Source: an uncultured Candidatus Rokubacteria bacterium
GTDB taxonomy: Bacteria > Methylomirabilota > Methylomirabilia > Rokubacteriales > CSP1-6
Length of the DNA stretch: 64,000 nt
Assembly (NCBI GenBank): GCA_963771355.1
Contig: CAVYTA010000006.1
Span: 800,001-864,000, forward strand
Direction: 5' to 3'
Every line of letters begins with the position of its first letter. Position 1 is the first letter of the stretch. The position numbers and the translations under genes were made by a program. The notes beneath the pieces are model-generated. The model had not been told where the DNA came from. It did no database searches and saw only the letters and a list, made by a program, of their open reading frames with translations. This document shows, in pieces, positions 8,882 through 20,877 of the stretch.

Positions 8882-10948
8882 GTGACCGAGAATCGGCTCG
8901 CCCGCGAGACCAGTCCGTATCTCCTCCAGCACGCCCACAACCCGGTGGACTGGTACCCGTGGGGCGGGGAAGCCTTCGAGCGCGCGCGCCGCGAAGACCG
9001 TCCGCTGCTGGTGTCCGTCGGCTACTCCGCCTGTCACTGGTGTCACGTGATGGAGCGCGAGTCCTTCGAGAACCCCGCCATCGCCGGCCTCATGAACGAG
9101 CTCTTCGTCAACGTGAAGGTGGATCGCGAGGAGCGGCCCGACGTGGACCAGATCTACATGCAGGCGGTGCAGGCGCTCACGGGTCACGGCGGCTGGCCCA
9201 TGACGGTGTTCCTCACCCCGGAGGGCGTGCCCTTCTACGGCGGCACCTACTTCCCCCCGGAAGAGCGCCACGGCATGCCTGCTTTTCCGCGGGTGCTGCA
9301 GGGGGTGGCCGAGGCCTATCGCTCGCGCCGCGGAGACGTGGCGGAGTCGGGACGGCAGCTCCTCGAGCAGATGCGCCAGAGCGAGGGGCTCCGGGCTTCC
9401 GCCACCGTCCTGACCGACGACATCCTGTTCAACGCCTTCCAGGGCGTTTCCCAGCACTTCGACGAGCGGGAGGGCGGCACCTCCGGCGCCCCCAAGTTTC
9501 CCCAGCCCATGATCTGGGACTCGGTGCTGCGCTTCTGGGCGCGCAGCAAGAACCCCCGCGCGCTGGACATGGTGCGCCTCACCCTCACGCGCATGGCCCG
9601 GGGCGGCATGTACGATCAGCTCGGGGGCGGCTTTCACCGCTACTCGGTGGACGCCCAGTGGCTGGTGCCGCACTTCGAGAAGATGCTCTATGACAATGCC
9701 CAGCTCGCGCGCCTCTACCTCCACGCCTGGCTGGCCACCGGCGATGCGGAGTACCGGCGGGTCACCGAGGAGACGCTCGACTACGTGCTGCGCGAGATGA
9801 CACATCCCTCGGGCGGATTCTTTTCCGCCCAGGACGCGGACTCCGAAGGCGTGGAAGGCAAGTTCTTCGTCTGGACCCCCGAGGAGATTCGCGCGCTGAT
9901 CCCGGATGGGGAGACGGCGGAGGCGGCGCTCGCCTTCTGGGGCGTGGCGGACGGGCCGAACTTCGAAGGCCACAGCATCCTGCACGTGCCGCGCGAGCCC
10001 GCCCAGGTGGCCGAGCGGCTCGGCATCTCCATGGAACGCCTGGCCGAGCACATCGCCCGCGCCCGCGGGATCCTCCTCGCGGCTCGCGAGGGGCGCGTGC
10101 ACCCGGGTCTCGACAACAAGGTGCTGGCCGCCTGGAACGGGCTCATGCTCACCGCCTTCGCGGAGGCGGGCCGCGCGCTGGGACGGCCGGACTATCTCGG
10201 CGCCGCCACGCGCAGCGCCGACTTTCTCACCTCCCAGATGGTGGTGAACGGCCGCCTCCATCGCTCCTGGAAGGACGGCCGGCCGCACATCCTCGGCTAT
10301 CTCGAGGACCACGCCATGGTCGGCGCGGGGCTGCTCGACGCCTACGAGGCGACCTTCGACCGGCGCTGGCTGGACCGCTCGCGCGCGCTCGCCGAGGAGG
10401 CGCTGCGGCTGTTCTGGGACGAGGCGCGGGAGGCCTTCTTCGACACCGGCTCCGACCAGGAGGCCCTGGTCGTCCGGCCCCGAAGCCTCTTCGACAATGC
10501 GCTGCCGAGCGGCACCTCGGTAGCCATCGAGTGGCTGCTCCGGCTCGCCGCGCACCTCGGCGACGAGCGCTACGAGCGGCAAGCGCTCCGCGCGCTTCGG
10601 CCCATGGCGGACCTCATGCGGCGCCACCCCACGGGGTTCGGGCGGTACCTCGCCGCGCTGGACTTCCATCTGGGGCCGGTGCCGGAGATCGCGCTGGTCT
10701 GGCCCGCCGGCCCGGGCGGCACGGCCGCCGCGGCGCCCCTGCTGGCCAAGATCTTCGGGCGGTATCTCCCGAATCGCGTGGTGGCGGGGATGGCGGAGGG
10801 AGCCACGGAGGCGGCGGCGCTGCCGCTCCTCGCCGGCAAGCGCGCCGAGGCCGGTCGAGCCACCGCCTACCTCTGCCGGAAGTATGTGTGCCAGACACCC
10901 ACGTCGGACCCCGATGCACTCGCCCGCCAGCTTGACGCTGGGGTATAA
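8882..10948 (+). CDS. Thioredoxin-domain protein, YyaL/SPATA20 family
   Basis: [57 protein letters not shown]. Confidence 0.95.
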   Translation: MTENRLARETSPYLLQHAHNPVDWYPWGGEAFERARREDRPLLVSVGYSACHWCHVMERESFENPAIAGLMNELFVNVKVDREERPDVDQIYMQAVQALTGHGGWPMTVFLTPEGVPFYGGTYFPPEERHGMPAFPRVLQGVAEAYRSRRGDVAESGRQLLEQMRQSEGLRASATVLTDDILFNAFQGVSQHFDEREGGTSGAPKFPQPMIWDSVLRFWARSKNPRALDMVRLTLTRMARGGMYDQLGGGFHRYSVDAQWLVPHFEKMLYDNAQLARLYLHAWLATGDAEYRRVTEETLDYVLREMTHPSGGFFSAQDADSEGVEGKFFVWTPEEIRALIPDGETAEAALAFWGVADGPNFEGHSILHVPREPAQVAERLGISMERLAEHIARARGILLAAREGRVHPGLDNKVLAAWNGLMLTAFAEAGRALGRPDYLGAATRSADFLTSQMVVNGRLHRSWKDGRPHILGYLEDHAMVGAGLLDAYEATFDRRWLDRSRALAEEALRLFWDEAREAFFDTGSDQEALVVRPRSLFDNALPSGTSVAIEWLLRLAAHLGDERYERQALRALRPMADLMRRHPTGFGRYLAALDFHLGPVPEIALVWPAGPGGTAAAAPLLAKIFGRYLPNRVVAGMAEGATEAAALPLLAGKRAEAGRATAYLCRKYVCQTPTSDPDALARQLDAGV

Positions 10949-10956
10949 TTCGGCAG

Positions 10957-11042
10957 CGACGCGGGGGGAGGTTTCCTGAGAACCGGGTGCGGCCCGGGAC
11001 CCCTCGAACCTGATCTGGATAATCCCAGCGAAGGGAACGCGG
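10957..11042 (+). ncRNA. TPP riboswitch
   Basis: GGGG..CTGAGA..ACCC..GAACCTGATCTGGATAATCCCAGCGAAGGGAA directly upstream of thiS-thiG-thiE; TATAAT at 10944-10949. Confidence 0.95.
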
Positions 11043-11060
11043 CGCGACCGTCGCACTCCG

Positions 11061-11092
11061 ACCGCACCCGGTGAGGTGCGGTTTTTTGTTTT
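11061..11092 (+). terminator. Intrinsic terminator, riboswitch expression platform
   Basis: ACCGCACC...GGTGCGGT stem followed by TTTTTGTTTT. Confidence 0.85.
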
Positions 11093-11102
11093 CGGGGACG
11101 CG

Positions 11103-11303
11103 ATGACCGTCAACGTGAATGGCCAGGCGATGGAGCTGCCGGACGGGCTCACCGTCGAGGGTCTGCTCGGCCACCTCAAGGTCCGCCGCGAGTTCACCGC
11201 GGTGGCGCTCAACCGGGAGGTCTGGCCGCGCGCCCGCTACGCCGACACCGTGCTCAAGGACGGGGACAAGGTCGAGATCGTGCGCCCGATGGGAGGAGGA
11301 TGA
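11103..11303 (+). CDS. thiS: Sulfur carrier protein ThiS
   Basis: 66 aa, VNVNG, AVALN, C-terminal GGG; downstream of TPP riboswitch. Confidence 0.93.
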   Translation: MTVNVNGQAMELPDGLTVEGLLGHLKVRREFTAVALNREVWPRARYADTVLKDGDKVEIVRPMGGG

Positions 11304-11307
11304 CGTC

Positions 11308-12093
11308 ATGTACGACACATCACTGTGGCTCGGGGGCAAGGAGTTCAAGTCCCGGCTCATCGTGGGCACGGGCAAGTATCCCTCGTTCGAGAACATGCGC
11401 GAGGCGATCGAGGCGTCCGGCGCGGAGATCGTCACCGTGGCGGTCCGCCGCGTGAGCCTGCCGGGGCAGGGGGAGTCGCTCCTCGACTATATCGACACCA
11501 AGCGCTACACCCTCTTGCCCAACACCGCGGGGTGCTACACCGCGGACGAGGCGGTACGCACCTGCTATCTCGCCCGCGAGGCCGGCCTCGGCACCCTGGT
11601 CAAGCTGGAGGTCATCGGCGACTCGCGCACCCTCTTTCCCGACACCCTCGGGCTGCTCGAGGCCACCAGGACGCTCGCCCGCGAGGGATTCAGCGTCCTG
11701 CCCTATACCAACGACGACCCCGTGACCTGCAAGAAGCTCGAGGACGCGGGCGCCGCCGCGGTCATGCCGCTGGGAGCACCCATCGGCTCCGGGCTCGGTA
11801 TCCGCAACCCGTACAACCTCAAGCTCGTCCTCGAGGCGGTGACGGTGCCGGTGATCGTGGACGCGGGCGTGGGCACGGCGTCGGATGCCGCCATCGCCAT
11901 GGAGCTCGGGTGCGACGGAGTCCTCATGAATACCGCCATCGCCGGCGCCAAGGATCCCGTGGCCATGGCCACCGCCATGCGACTCGCGGTGGAGGCGGGA
12001 CGGCTGGCCTTCAAGGCCGGGCGCATCGGCAAGAAGCTCTACGCCACCGCCTCCTCGCCCATCGAGGGGGTGCCCGACTGGAGCACGAGCTGA
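11308..12093 (+). CDS. thiG: Thiazole synthase
   Basis: [52 protein letters not shown]. Confidence 0.97.
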   Translation: MYDTSLWLGGKEFKSRLIVGTGKYPSFENMREAIEASGAEIVTVAVRRVSLPGQGESLLDYIDTKRYTLLPNTAGCYTADEAVRTCYLAREAGLGTLVKLEVIGDSRTLFPDTLGLLEATRTLAREGFSVLPYTNDDPVTCKKLEDAGAAAVMPLGAPIGSGLGIRNPYNLKLVLEAVTVPVIVDAGVGTASDAAIAMELGCDGVLMNTAIAGAKDPVAMATAMRLAVEAGRLAFKAGRIGKKLYATASSPIEGVPDWSTS

Positions 12094-12719
12094 GCGAGAG
12101 CCCCGGTTTCGCGCTGCTCCTCGTGACGGACCGTCAGCAGTCCACGAGGCCGCTGCCCGAGGTGGTGGAGGAGTGCCTCGAGGGAGGGCTCCGGGCCGTG
12201 CAGCTCCGGGAGAAGGACCTGGCCGTTCGCCCGCTGCTGGAGCTGGCTACCTCGCTCCGCGAGTCCACCCGACGCCGTCAGGCGCGCCTGCTCATCAACG
12301 ACCGCGCGGATGTGGCCCTGGCGGTGGCGGCGGACGGCGTGCAGCGGACCCACCAGTCATTGCCGGTTTCCGTCATGCGCGCGGTCGGCGGTCCCCGGTT
12401 CGTGGTGGGCGCCTCCGTTCACTCCGTCGAGGAGGCGCGGACCGCAGCCACCGAGGGCGCGGACTTCATCGTCTTCGGTCCGATCTGGGACACACCCTCC
12501 AAGCGGCCCTTTGGTCCGCCTCAAGGCCTCGAGGCTCTGCGCCGGGTGACTGCCGCCGTCGCGACCCCGGTGCTCGCCATCGGCGGGATCAGCGCGGCAC
12601 GCGTCCGGGACGTGCTCGCGGCCGGCGCCGTCGGGGTAGCGGTGATCTCTGCCATCCTGGCCGCTCCGCGGCCCGCGGAGGCTACGCGGGCTTTCCTCGA
12701 CGCCCTGGGCCGCGCGTGA
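12090..12719 (+). CDS. thiE: Thiamine-phosphate synthase (ThiE/TenI family); start inferred at CTG 12090
   Basis: [48 protein letters not shown]. Confidence 0.85.
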   Translation: MSESPGFALLLVTDRQQSTRPLPEVVEECLEGGLRAVQLREKDLAVRPLLELATSLRESTRRRQARLLINDRADVALAVAADGVQRTHQSLPVSVMRAVGGPRFVVGASVHSVEEARTAATEGADFIVFGPIWDTPSKRPFGPPQGLEALRRVTAAVATPVLAIGGISAARVRDVLAAGAVGVAVISAILAAPRPAEATRAFLDALGRA

Positions 12720-12780
12720 TGGCAGCGCGCGTACCCGGCGCCGCGCCCTTGCGACTGTCGCCACCACGAAAGGATGCGCC

Positions 12781-14118
12781 ATGACCACCGCCGCCGCGTT
12801 GAAGCAGAGCATCTGTGAGGCCATCGACCGCAATGCCGACAAGATCATCGGGATCGGCGAGACCATACGCCGGCATCCGGAGCTCGGCTTCAAGGAGTTC
12901 AAGACGGCGAGGCTGGTCGAGGAGACACTGAGCGGGCTGGGGCTCGCGGCCAAGGGGGGACTGGCGATCACCGGCGTCCGCGCCGAGGCCCGGGGCGGGA
13001 AGGACGGGCCGACCTTCGCGCTGCTCGGCGAGCTGGACGCCCTCGTCGTGGCCGGGCATCCGGTGGCCGACCCGCAGACCGGCGCCGCTCATGCCTGCGG
13101 CCACAACGCCCAGGTGGCGGGACTCCTCGGGGCGGCGATGGGGCTCGCCGGAGCCAAGGCCTTCGAGCACCTGGCCGGGCGGGTCGTCTTCTTCGCGGTG
13201 CCCGCCGAGGAATACGGGGACGTGGAGTGGCGCGTGCAGCAGGCGCGCGAGGGCCGGCTCGAGTTCCTCGGCGGCAAGCCCGAGCTGCTCCGCCTCGGGC
13301 ACTTCGACGACGTGGACCTCGCCATGATGATCCACACGACCCCTCAGCCGGAGATGAAGAAGGCGGGCGTCTCCGCCTCCAACAACGGCTGCATCGTGAA
13401 GACCGTCCGGTACATCGGCCGCGCCTCGCACGCCGGCGGCGCGCCCCACCTCGGCATCAATGCGCTCTACGCCGCCCATATCGGCCTGGCCGCGATCAAC
13501 GCCATCCGCGAGACCTTTCGCGACGAGGACTCCATTCGCGTCCACCCCATCATCACCCATGGCGGCAGCCAGGTGAACGTGATCCCGGGCGAGGTCCGCC
13601 TCGAGACCTATGTGCGCGGCAAGACGGTGGAGGCAATTCTCGACGCCAATGTCCGCGTGGACCGCGCCCTGCGCGCGGGGGCGCTGGCCCTGGGCGCCCA
13701 GGTCGAGATCGAGACCCTGCCGGGCTACCTGCCGCTCTTCAATCACGCGGGAATGGCGGACCGCTTCGCCGCGAATGCCCGGGCGCTGCTCGGCGAGGAC
13801 CAGGTGACGAGGACCGGGCACCGGAGCGGCTCCACCGACATGGGCGACATCTCGCACGTCATGCCGACGCTACATCCCTACATGGGCGGGGCCCAGGGCA
13901 GCGGGCACGGCGCCGACTATGCGATCGCCGACCCCCGGCTCGCCTATGTCGAGCCGGCCAAGCAGCTGGCGCTGATGGCGGTGGACATGCTGTACGGCAA
14001 CGCGGAAGGCGCGCGGGAAGTCCTCCGCGCGGAGAAGCCGCGCCTGACGAAAGAAGGCTATCTCGCCTTCCAGCGGAAGATCGCGAGGACCGAGCTCTTC
14101 GACGGCGCCAAGGCCTGA
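12781..14118 (+). CDS. M20 family amidohydrolase (AbgB/ACY1L2-like)
   Basis: HPELGFKE, ELDAL, HACGHN, PAEE, GSTDMGD. Confidence 0.9.
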   Translation: MTTAAALKQSICEAIDRNADKIIGIGETIRRHPELGFKEFKTARLVEETLSGLGLAAKGGLAITGVRAEARGGKDGPTFALLGELDALVVAGHPVADPQTGAAHACGHNAQVAGLLGAAMGLAGAKAFEHLAGRVVFFAVPAEEYGDVEWRVQQAREGRLEFLGGKPELLRLGHFDDVDLAMMIHTTPQPEMKKAGVSASNNGCIVKTVRYIGRASHAGGAPHLGINALYAAHIGLAAINAIRETFRDEDSIRVHPIITHGGSQVNVIPGEVRLETYVRGKTVEAILDANVRVDRALRAGALALGAQVEIETLPGYLPLFNHAGMADRFAANARALLGEDQVTRTGHRSGSTDMGDISHVMPTLHPYMGGAQGSGHGADYAIADPRLAYVEPAKQLALMAVDMLYGNAEGAREVLRAEKPRLTKEGYLAFQRKIARTELFDGAKA

Positions 14119-14137
14119 GCGGCCGGCCAGCCTTCTC

Positions 14138-15535
14138 TCAGAAGCGGAGCAGGAGGAGGTAGGTGACGGTCACCGACAGATTGTTGGCCGCGTGCGCCAG
14201 GATTCCCGGCAGCAGGCTTCGCGTCCGTTCGTACGCGATTGCCCATAGCAGCCCCGAGATGAGCACCGAGAGAAACCCGGTCGGTCCGTATCCGTGGGCG
14301 ATGGCGAAGATGGAGGCGCTCGCCATGGCGGCCAGCGGCGGCCCGGTCTGCGTGCGGAGGGTGCCGTAGAGAAGGCCGCGGAAGGTGAGCTCCTCCACGA
14401 AGGGCGTCCAGACCACGGTATCCAGCACCCCCAGCACGATCTGCCAGGGCGGGTCCCAGAGAAGATCCTCCGGCAGCCCGTCCGCCCAGTGCGTGTCGAC
14501 GCCGAGCACGTTCGCGAGCGCGCCTATCCCGGCCTCCGCGGCGCCGCCCACGCCGGCGAGGACGAGGGCCGTGCCCAGCAGCCAGGCCAGGCGGCGCCGC
14601 GGTAGATCGAGGCCGAAGGCAGCCCGGAACGACTCCCCCCGCGCGTGAAGATAGGCGAGGGTCCACAGAATGACGGGGAGCCCGGCCGCGAAGGAAGCGG
14701 CGCGGAGTAAATCATGCGCGTCCGGGACGACGAGCAGGATCGCGAGGGTGAGGCCCAGCAGCCCGAGCACGCCGCGCACCACCAGGGCGTAGCCGTCGGC
14801 AAATCCCCAGGGGGGCGGCAGGGGAGCCGCGCCCAGCCGTGGAATGCCGCCGCGCGCCCGCGCCACCACGAGCAGCGCGATCGTGGCCCCGATCAGGGTC
14901 AGCTCGGTCGCGGTCAGTCCCAGCCAGCGGCCGAGCAAGCCGCGGCCCCGGGTCACGATGGCGGCCTCCGCACCCTCCGCGGTCGGAAGATCTCCCACCT
15001 TGCGCGCGATCCGCGCCACCAGGGTGTCGGTGAACCAGTTCTGGGGCAGGGTCGCGCGTACACGGGTGATGAGGGCGCGAGCTTCCTCGGGGGCCACCGA
15101 CTGTGGCGAGTAGGCCGCCACCACCGCCTCGTCGGCCTGCTCGTCATCGGGTGCCGGGTCGCCCGCCTCGGCCTGAAGGATGGCGTGGTAAAGGGCGGCC
15201 CTCTCGGAGTCCACCACCTCGAGCAGCTCGTCGTACCAGCGGAGCGCCTCCTCCACCGGATCGTCGGCGCCCGACAGCACCGTGTAGAGCCGTTGCTCCC
15301 ACGTCGGCGCCGAGCGGAGCGCGTCGCGGACGTCGAGGTCCCGCGTGACCAGCCGCTCCAGCGACTCCGCCGGCCGCTCGAGCTGGTCGAGCGGTGAGCC
15401 CCGCCAGGGGGCGGCGTAGAGGGACATGAGGACCAAGACGACCACGGTGCAGAACACCGTGAACCCGGGGGAAAAGTAGCGCGCGGGACGCCGAGGCTCC
15501 GGGATCGCAACCTCTTCCGTCGAAGTGCCGATCAT
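14138..15535 (-). CDS. CPBP (CAAX protease/Abi) intramembrane metalloprotease with a long N-terminal extension
   Basis: EELTFRG, FAIAH and HAANN motifs; start uncertain (ATG 15535 follows TATACT). Confidence 0.85.
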   Translation of the reverse strand: MIGTSTEEVAIPEPRRPARYFSPGFTVFCTVVVLVLMSLYAAPWRGSPLDQLERPAESLERLVTRDLDVRDALRSAPTWEQRLYTVLSGADDPVEEALRWYDELLEVVDSERAALYHAILQAEAGDPAPDDEQADEAVVAAYSPQSVAPEEARALITRVRATLPQNWFTDTLVARIARKVGDLPTAEGAEAAIVTRGRGLLGRWLGLTATELTLIGATIALLVVARARGGIPRLGAAPLPPPWGFADGYALVVRGVLGLLGLTLAILLVVPDAHDLLRAASFAAGLPVILWTLAYLHARGESFRAAFGLDLPRRRLAWLLGTALVLAGVGGAAEAGIGALANVLGVDTHWADGLPEDLLWDPPWQIVLGVLDTVVWTPFVEELTFRGLLYGTLRTQTGPPLAAMASASIFAIAHGYGPTGFLSVLISGLLWAIAYERTRSLLPGILAHAANNLSVTVTYLLLLRF

Positions 15536-15597
15536 GCGCGCGCAGTATAGCATCGCGGGCGCTCAGCATCCGGTCGGCCCCGGCGTCCGCATCTGGT

Positions 15598-16422
15598 ATG
15601 GTCCAGGGCATGTACGGCAAGTCTGCCGCGGAGTTCCCGGGGCGCATCGTCTGTCTCTCGACCGAGCACGTGGAGATCTGCTATGCGCTGGGCGCGGGCG
15701 ACCGGGTGGTGGGCGTGCCCGGCACCGCGGAGCGCCCACCCGAGGCGCGTGACAAGCCGCGGGTGGGCGGCTTCACGTCGTTTCGGATCGACCGCATCGT
15801 CCAGCTCGAGCCCGAGCTGGTGCTGGCCTTCTCGGATCTTCAGGCCGACGTCACCGCCGAGCTGTTGCGCGCCGGCCTCACCGTGCTCTGTACCAATCAG
15901 CGCTCGGTGGACGACATCTTCCAGACCATCCTCATGGTCGGCGGCGCGCTGGGGCTGGCCGACCGCGCGCGCGGCCTGGTGCTCGACATGCGAGACGAGA
16001 TCCGGCAGGTGCGCGAGTACTCGAGCGTGTGGCCGGATCGCCCCCGCGTCTACTTCGAGGAGTGGCCGGATCCCCCGATCGCGGGCATTCGCTGGGTATC
16101 CGAGATCATCGAGCTCGCGGGCGGCCGCGACGTCTTCCCGGAGCTGCGGCGCGAGGCGTCGGCGCGCGGGCGGGTGGTGGATCTCGCCGAGGTTGCCCGC
16201 CGCGATCCGCAGATCATCCTCGCCTCGTGGTGCGGCAAGCCCGTGGACATCGCCGCCATCCGCGCGCGCCCCGGCTGGGAAGCCGTCAGCGCGGTGAAGG
16301 CCGGCGAGATCCACCCTCTCGACGGGGCTGATATCCTGAGTCCAGGGCCCGCGGTGCTCGGCGGTCTCCGACAGATCCACGAGATCGTCCAGACCTTCCA
16401 GGCGAAGTCCGGCGACGCCTGA
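15598..16422 (+). CDS. Cobalamin/Fe-siderophore-type ABC substrate-binding protein (BtuF-like)
   Basis: RIVCLS, DRVVGV, LEPELVLA, RVYFEEW, SWCGK, PGP; no clear signal peptide. Confidence 0.82.
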   Translation: MVQGMYGKSAAEFPGRIVCLSTEHVEICYALGAGDRVVGVPGTAERPPEARDKPRVGGFTSFRIDRIVQLEPELVLAFSDLQADVTAELLRAGLTVLCTNQRSVDDIFQTILMVGGALGLADRARGLVLDMRDEIRQVREYSSVWPDRPRVYFEEWPDPPIAGIRWVSEIIELAGGRDVFPELRREASARGRVVDLAEVARRDPQIILASWCGKPVDIAAIRARPGWEAVSAVKAGEIHPLDGADILSPGPAVLGGLRQIHEIVQTFQAKSGDA

Positions 16423-16594
16423 AAGCCCTTCGAGTAATCTCCGGCCGAAGCAGGTGGAAGTGCTTGGAATTCGTGAACTCACGCCGCGTCGGCACGTGAA
16501 TCTCTGCGCCTCAACTCGGCGTCACAAAAAGTGAAAGAGCCCACCGGGGCGAGTGCTAGGATGTGGTCCTCCTCGCAGCCCCACGGAGACTGAA

Positions 16595-18027
<1,433 letters not shown>

Positions 18028-18031
<4 letters not shown>

Positions 18032-19374
18032 CGGGGCCGCTGCTGGGGCTCCTCGCCGACGTGCTCGAGGGCGCGCGAAAGAAAGGCGCCACCGAGGCCG
18101 ACGCCTACGTGGGCGAGGACCAGTCGTTCTCGGCGCAAGTCCGCATGGGGCAGGTGGACACGGTGAAGCACGCGCGCGACCAGCACCTCGCCCTGCGGGT
18201 GTTCGTGGGACGGTCCGCCGCCGCCGCCTCCACCTCCGATCTCACCCGTGAGTCCCTGGACCGCCTGGTGGACGAGGCGGTGACGCTCGCGCGCATCACC
18301 GCGCCCGACGCGCTTTCCGGGCTGCCGGAGGCTGCCGCCCTGGCCCGCGCCGTGCCCGATCTCCACCTGGACGATCCCGCCGGTCATGACCTGACGCCGG
18401 AGGCCAAGATCGACCTGGCACGGCGCTGCGAGCAGGCCGCGCTGGCCTTCGACCCGCGCATCACGAACTCGGAGGGCGGTGACTTCTCGGACGGTCACGC
18501 GCGCTACGCGTACGCGACGTCGCATGGCTTTGCCGGCGAGTACCGCACCTCGTCGTTCAGCCTTTCCGCCTCTCCCCTCGCGACCGAGAACGGCGAGATG
18601 CAGCGGGACGGGTGGTACCACGTCACCCGACGGCGCGCGGGTCTGGACTCGCCGGAAGAGGTCGGGCGTACCGCGGCCCGGCGCGCGCTGCGCCGGCTGG
18701 GGGCCCGGCGCGTCAAGACCGCGGAGGTGCCCGTGATCTTCGACCCGCAGATGGCGGCCACGCTGGTCCGGCACATCGCGGGGGCGGCGGCGGGGCCCGC
18801 GCTCTACCGCGGGGCGAGCTTCCTCCTGAACCGGCTGGGCCAGTCCATCGCCGCGCCCTCGATCACCATCGTGGACGACGGCACCGTGCCGGGCGCGCTG
18901 GGCTCGCGCCCCTTCGACGGCGAGGGGCTGCCCATTCAGCGGACGGTGCTGGTGGACAAGGGCGTGCTCGCCTCGTACCTCCTCGACACCTACAGCGGCC
19001 GCAAGCTCGGCCTCCCCTCCACGCATCACGCCGCTCGGGACGGCAGCGGGGTGAGCGTGTCGACCACCAATCTGTCCCTCGCCGCCGGCGAGTCGTCCCC
19101 GGAGGCGCTGATCCGCGGCGTGAAGAACGGGCTCTACGTCAGCGAGCTCATCGGCTTCGGCGTCAACGGGGTCACCGGCGACTATTCGCGCGGCGCCGTC
19201 GGCTACTGGATCGAGAACGGCGAGCTCGCCTATCCGGTGGAGGAGATCACGGTGGCGGGCAATCTCCTCGAGATGTTCCAGGCGGTGGAGGGGGTCGGTA
19301 ACGACCTCGTCTTCCGGGACCGCACCGCGGCGCCCACGCTCCTCATCGGTCGCATGGTCGTGGCGGGCGCGTGA
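18028..19374 (+). CDS. pmbA: TldE/PmbA protein
   Basis: ITNSEG, SRPFDGEG, GVNGVTGDYSRGA, EITVAGN; coupled to tldD. Confidence 0.95.
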
Positions 19375-20156
19375 TCGTCGACAGCCACTGCCACCTGCAC
19401 GACGCCGTCTTCGCGGACACTCGGGGCACGCTCGTGCGCGCGCTGGACTCGGACGTGTGGGGTGTGGTGGCGGTGGGCTGCGATCCCGCCACCAATGCGC
19501 GCACCCTGGCGGTGGCCGACGGCCACCGCAAGTCGGTGTGGGCCGCGCTCGGCTTCCACCCGGAATGGGAGGCGCTTACCGACGCGGATCTCGAGCAGGT
19601 GGAAGGCCAGGTCGCCGAGCACCACGCGCGCATCGTCGCGGTGGGCGAGATCGGGCTCCCCTGGTACAACCTCGGCGCCGCCACCGACGCGGCCGGGCTG
19701 ATCGCTCGGGGGCGTGCGCGCCTCGAGCGGCTGCTCCGGCTCGCCGCCCGCTTCGACCTGCCGGTGGTGCTGCACGCGCCTCACGGCGCCGCCGCCGACG
19801 CGCTGGATGCGCTGGGCCGGGCCGGGGTCGAACGCGCGGTCTTCCACTGGCACAAGGCGCCGATGGACGTGACGCGCGCCATCGTGGACGCGGGCCACTT
19901 CGTCTCCGTCACGCCCGAGGTGGTGTACCGCGAGCGGGACCGCGAGCTGGTGGAGGCGGTGTCGCTCGACTCGCTGCTCGTCGAGAGCGACGGCCCGTGG
20001 CGGTACGGAGGCGAGTTCGAGCTCGAGCCGTCCGGCCCCTGGATGGCCGCGCGCGTGGCGGAGGAGGTAGCCAAGATCAAGGGCCTCCCCGTCGACGAGA
20101 CGATGTACCGGCTGTCCGTGAATGTCTGCCGGCTCTTCGACCTCGTCTGGGCCTAG
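19371..20156 (+). CDS. tatD: TatD family hydrolase
   Basis: DSHCHL, GFHP, VGEIGL, LHA, FHW, ESDGP. Confidence 0.88.
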   Translation: MIVDSHCHLHDAVFADTRGTLVRALDSDVWGVVAVGCDPATNARTLAVADGHRKSVWAALGFHPEWEALTDADLEQVEGQVAEHHARIVAVGEIGLPWYNLGAATDAAGLIARGRARLERLLRLAARFDLPVVLHAPHGAAADALDALGRAGVERAVFHWHKAPMDVTRAIVDAGHFVSVTPEVVYRERDRELVEAVSLDSLLVESDGPWRYGGEFELEPSGPWMAARVAEEVAKIKGLPVDETMYRLSVNVCRLFDLVWA

Positions 20157-20877
20157 CGAGCGTTTCTCCGTCCGCGTGGGCGGCCTCGCCATCGCCGGGG
20201 TCCTGCACCTTCCGCCCTCACGTCCCGCCCCGTGCGTGGTCGCGTGCCACGGCCTGGGCGCGTCGAAGGACAGCGACAAGTACTTGCTCCTCGGCCGGAT
20301 GATGCCGGAGGCCGGCTTCGCGCTCGCACGCTTCGACTTCCGCGGGGCGGGGGAATCCGGCGGCTCGTACCGTGACGCCACCATCGCCAGTCGCATCGCC
20401 GATCTCGAGGCGGTGCTCGAGCACCTGGCCGCTCATCCCTCGCTGTCCGGCCGCGTCGGTCTGCTCGGCTCGAGCCTGGGCGGGTTCGTCGCGCTGCACG
20501 CGGCCCATCGGCGCCGGGCCCGGGGAGCGTATGTGGTGGTAACCTGGAATGCGCCGTCGGCCCTCCGTGACCTGGACGCGCGAGAGATGTCCGAAGACAC
20601 CGGGCTGGGGCCGGCCCTGGTCGCGGAAGTCCAGGCCGGTCAGCTTGCGGACGCGCCGACGGGCGTGAGCCACCTCCTGGTGATCCAGGGCGAGGCGGAC
20701 GAGGTGGTGCCGCCCGCGCACGGGCCGGCGCTGCATGCTCGAGCGCGCGAGCCGCGGGCGCTGCACTGGATTGCGGGAGCCGATCACCGGCTCACCGACC
20801 CGCGGCATCGAATGGACGCCGTGGAGCGAAGCCGGGGCTGGATGACCGAGCATCTGAAGGAGACCGAGCCGCGATGA
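20122..20877 (+). CDS. Alpha/beta-fold hydrolase
   Basis: CHGLG, RFDFRGAGES, GSSLGG, QGEADEVV, GADH; start uncertain. Confidence 0.88.
   Translation: MSAGSSTSSGPSERFSVRVGGLAIAGVLHLPPSRPAPCVVACHGLGASKDSDKYLLLGRMMPEAGFALARFDFRGAGESGGSYRDATIASRIADLEAVLEHLAAHPSLSGRVGLLGSSLGGFVALHAAHRRRARGAYVVVTWNAPSALRDLDAREMSEDTGLGPALVAEVQAGQLADAPTGVSHLLVIQGEADEVVPPAHGPALHARAREPRALHWIAGADHRLTDPRHRMDAVERSRGWMTEHLKETEPR

Noticed and set aside
10932..10949. TTGACG plus TATAAT as a -35/-10 pair before the riboswitch
   Set aside because: The spacing is only 6 nt; only the -10 element is plausible.
8720..11212. Very long antisense or alternate-frame ORFs (e.g. 830 aa here, 882 aa at 58218-60866, 733 aa at 4854-7055)
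   Set aside because: Shadow ORFs expected at high GC; they overlap well-supported genes and carry no family motifs.
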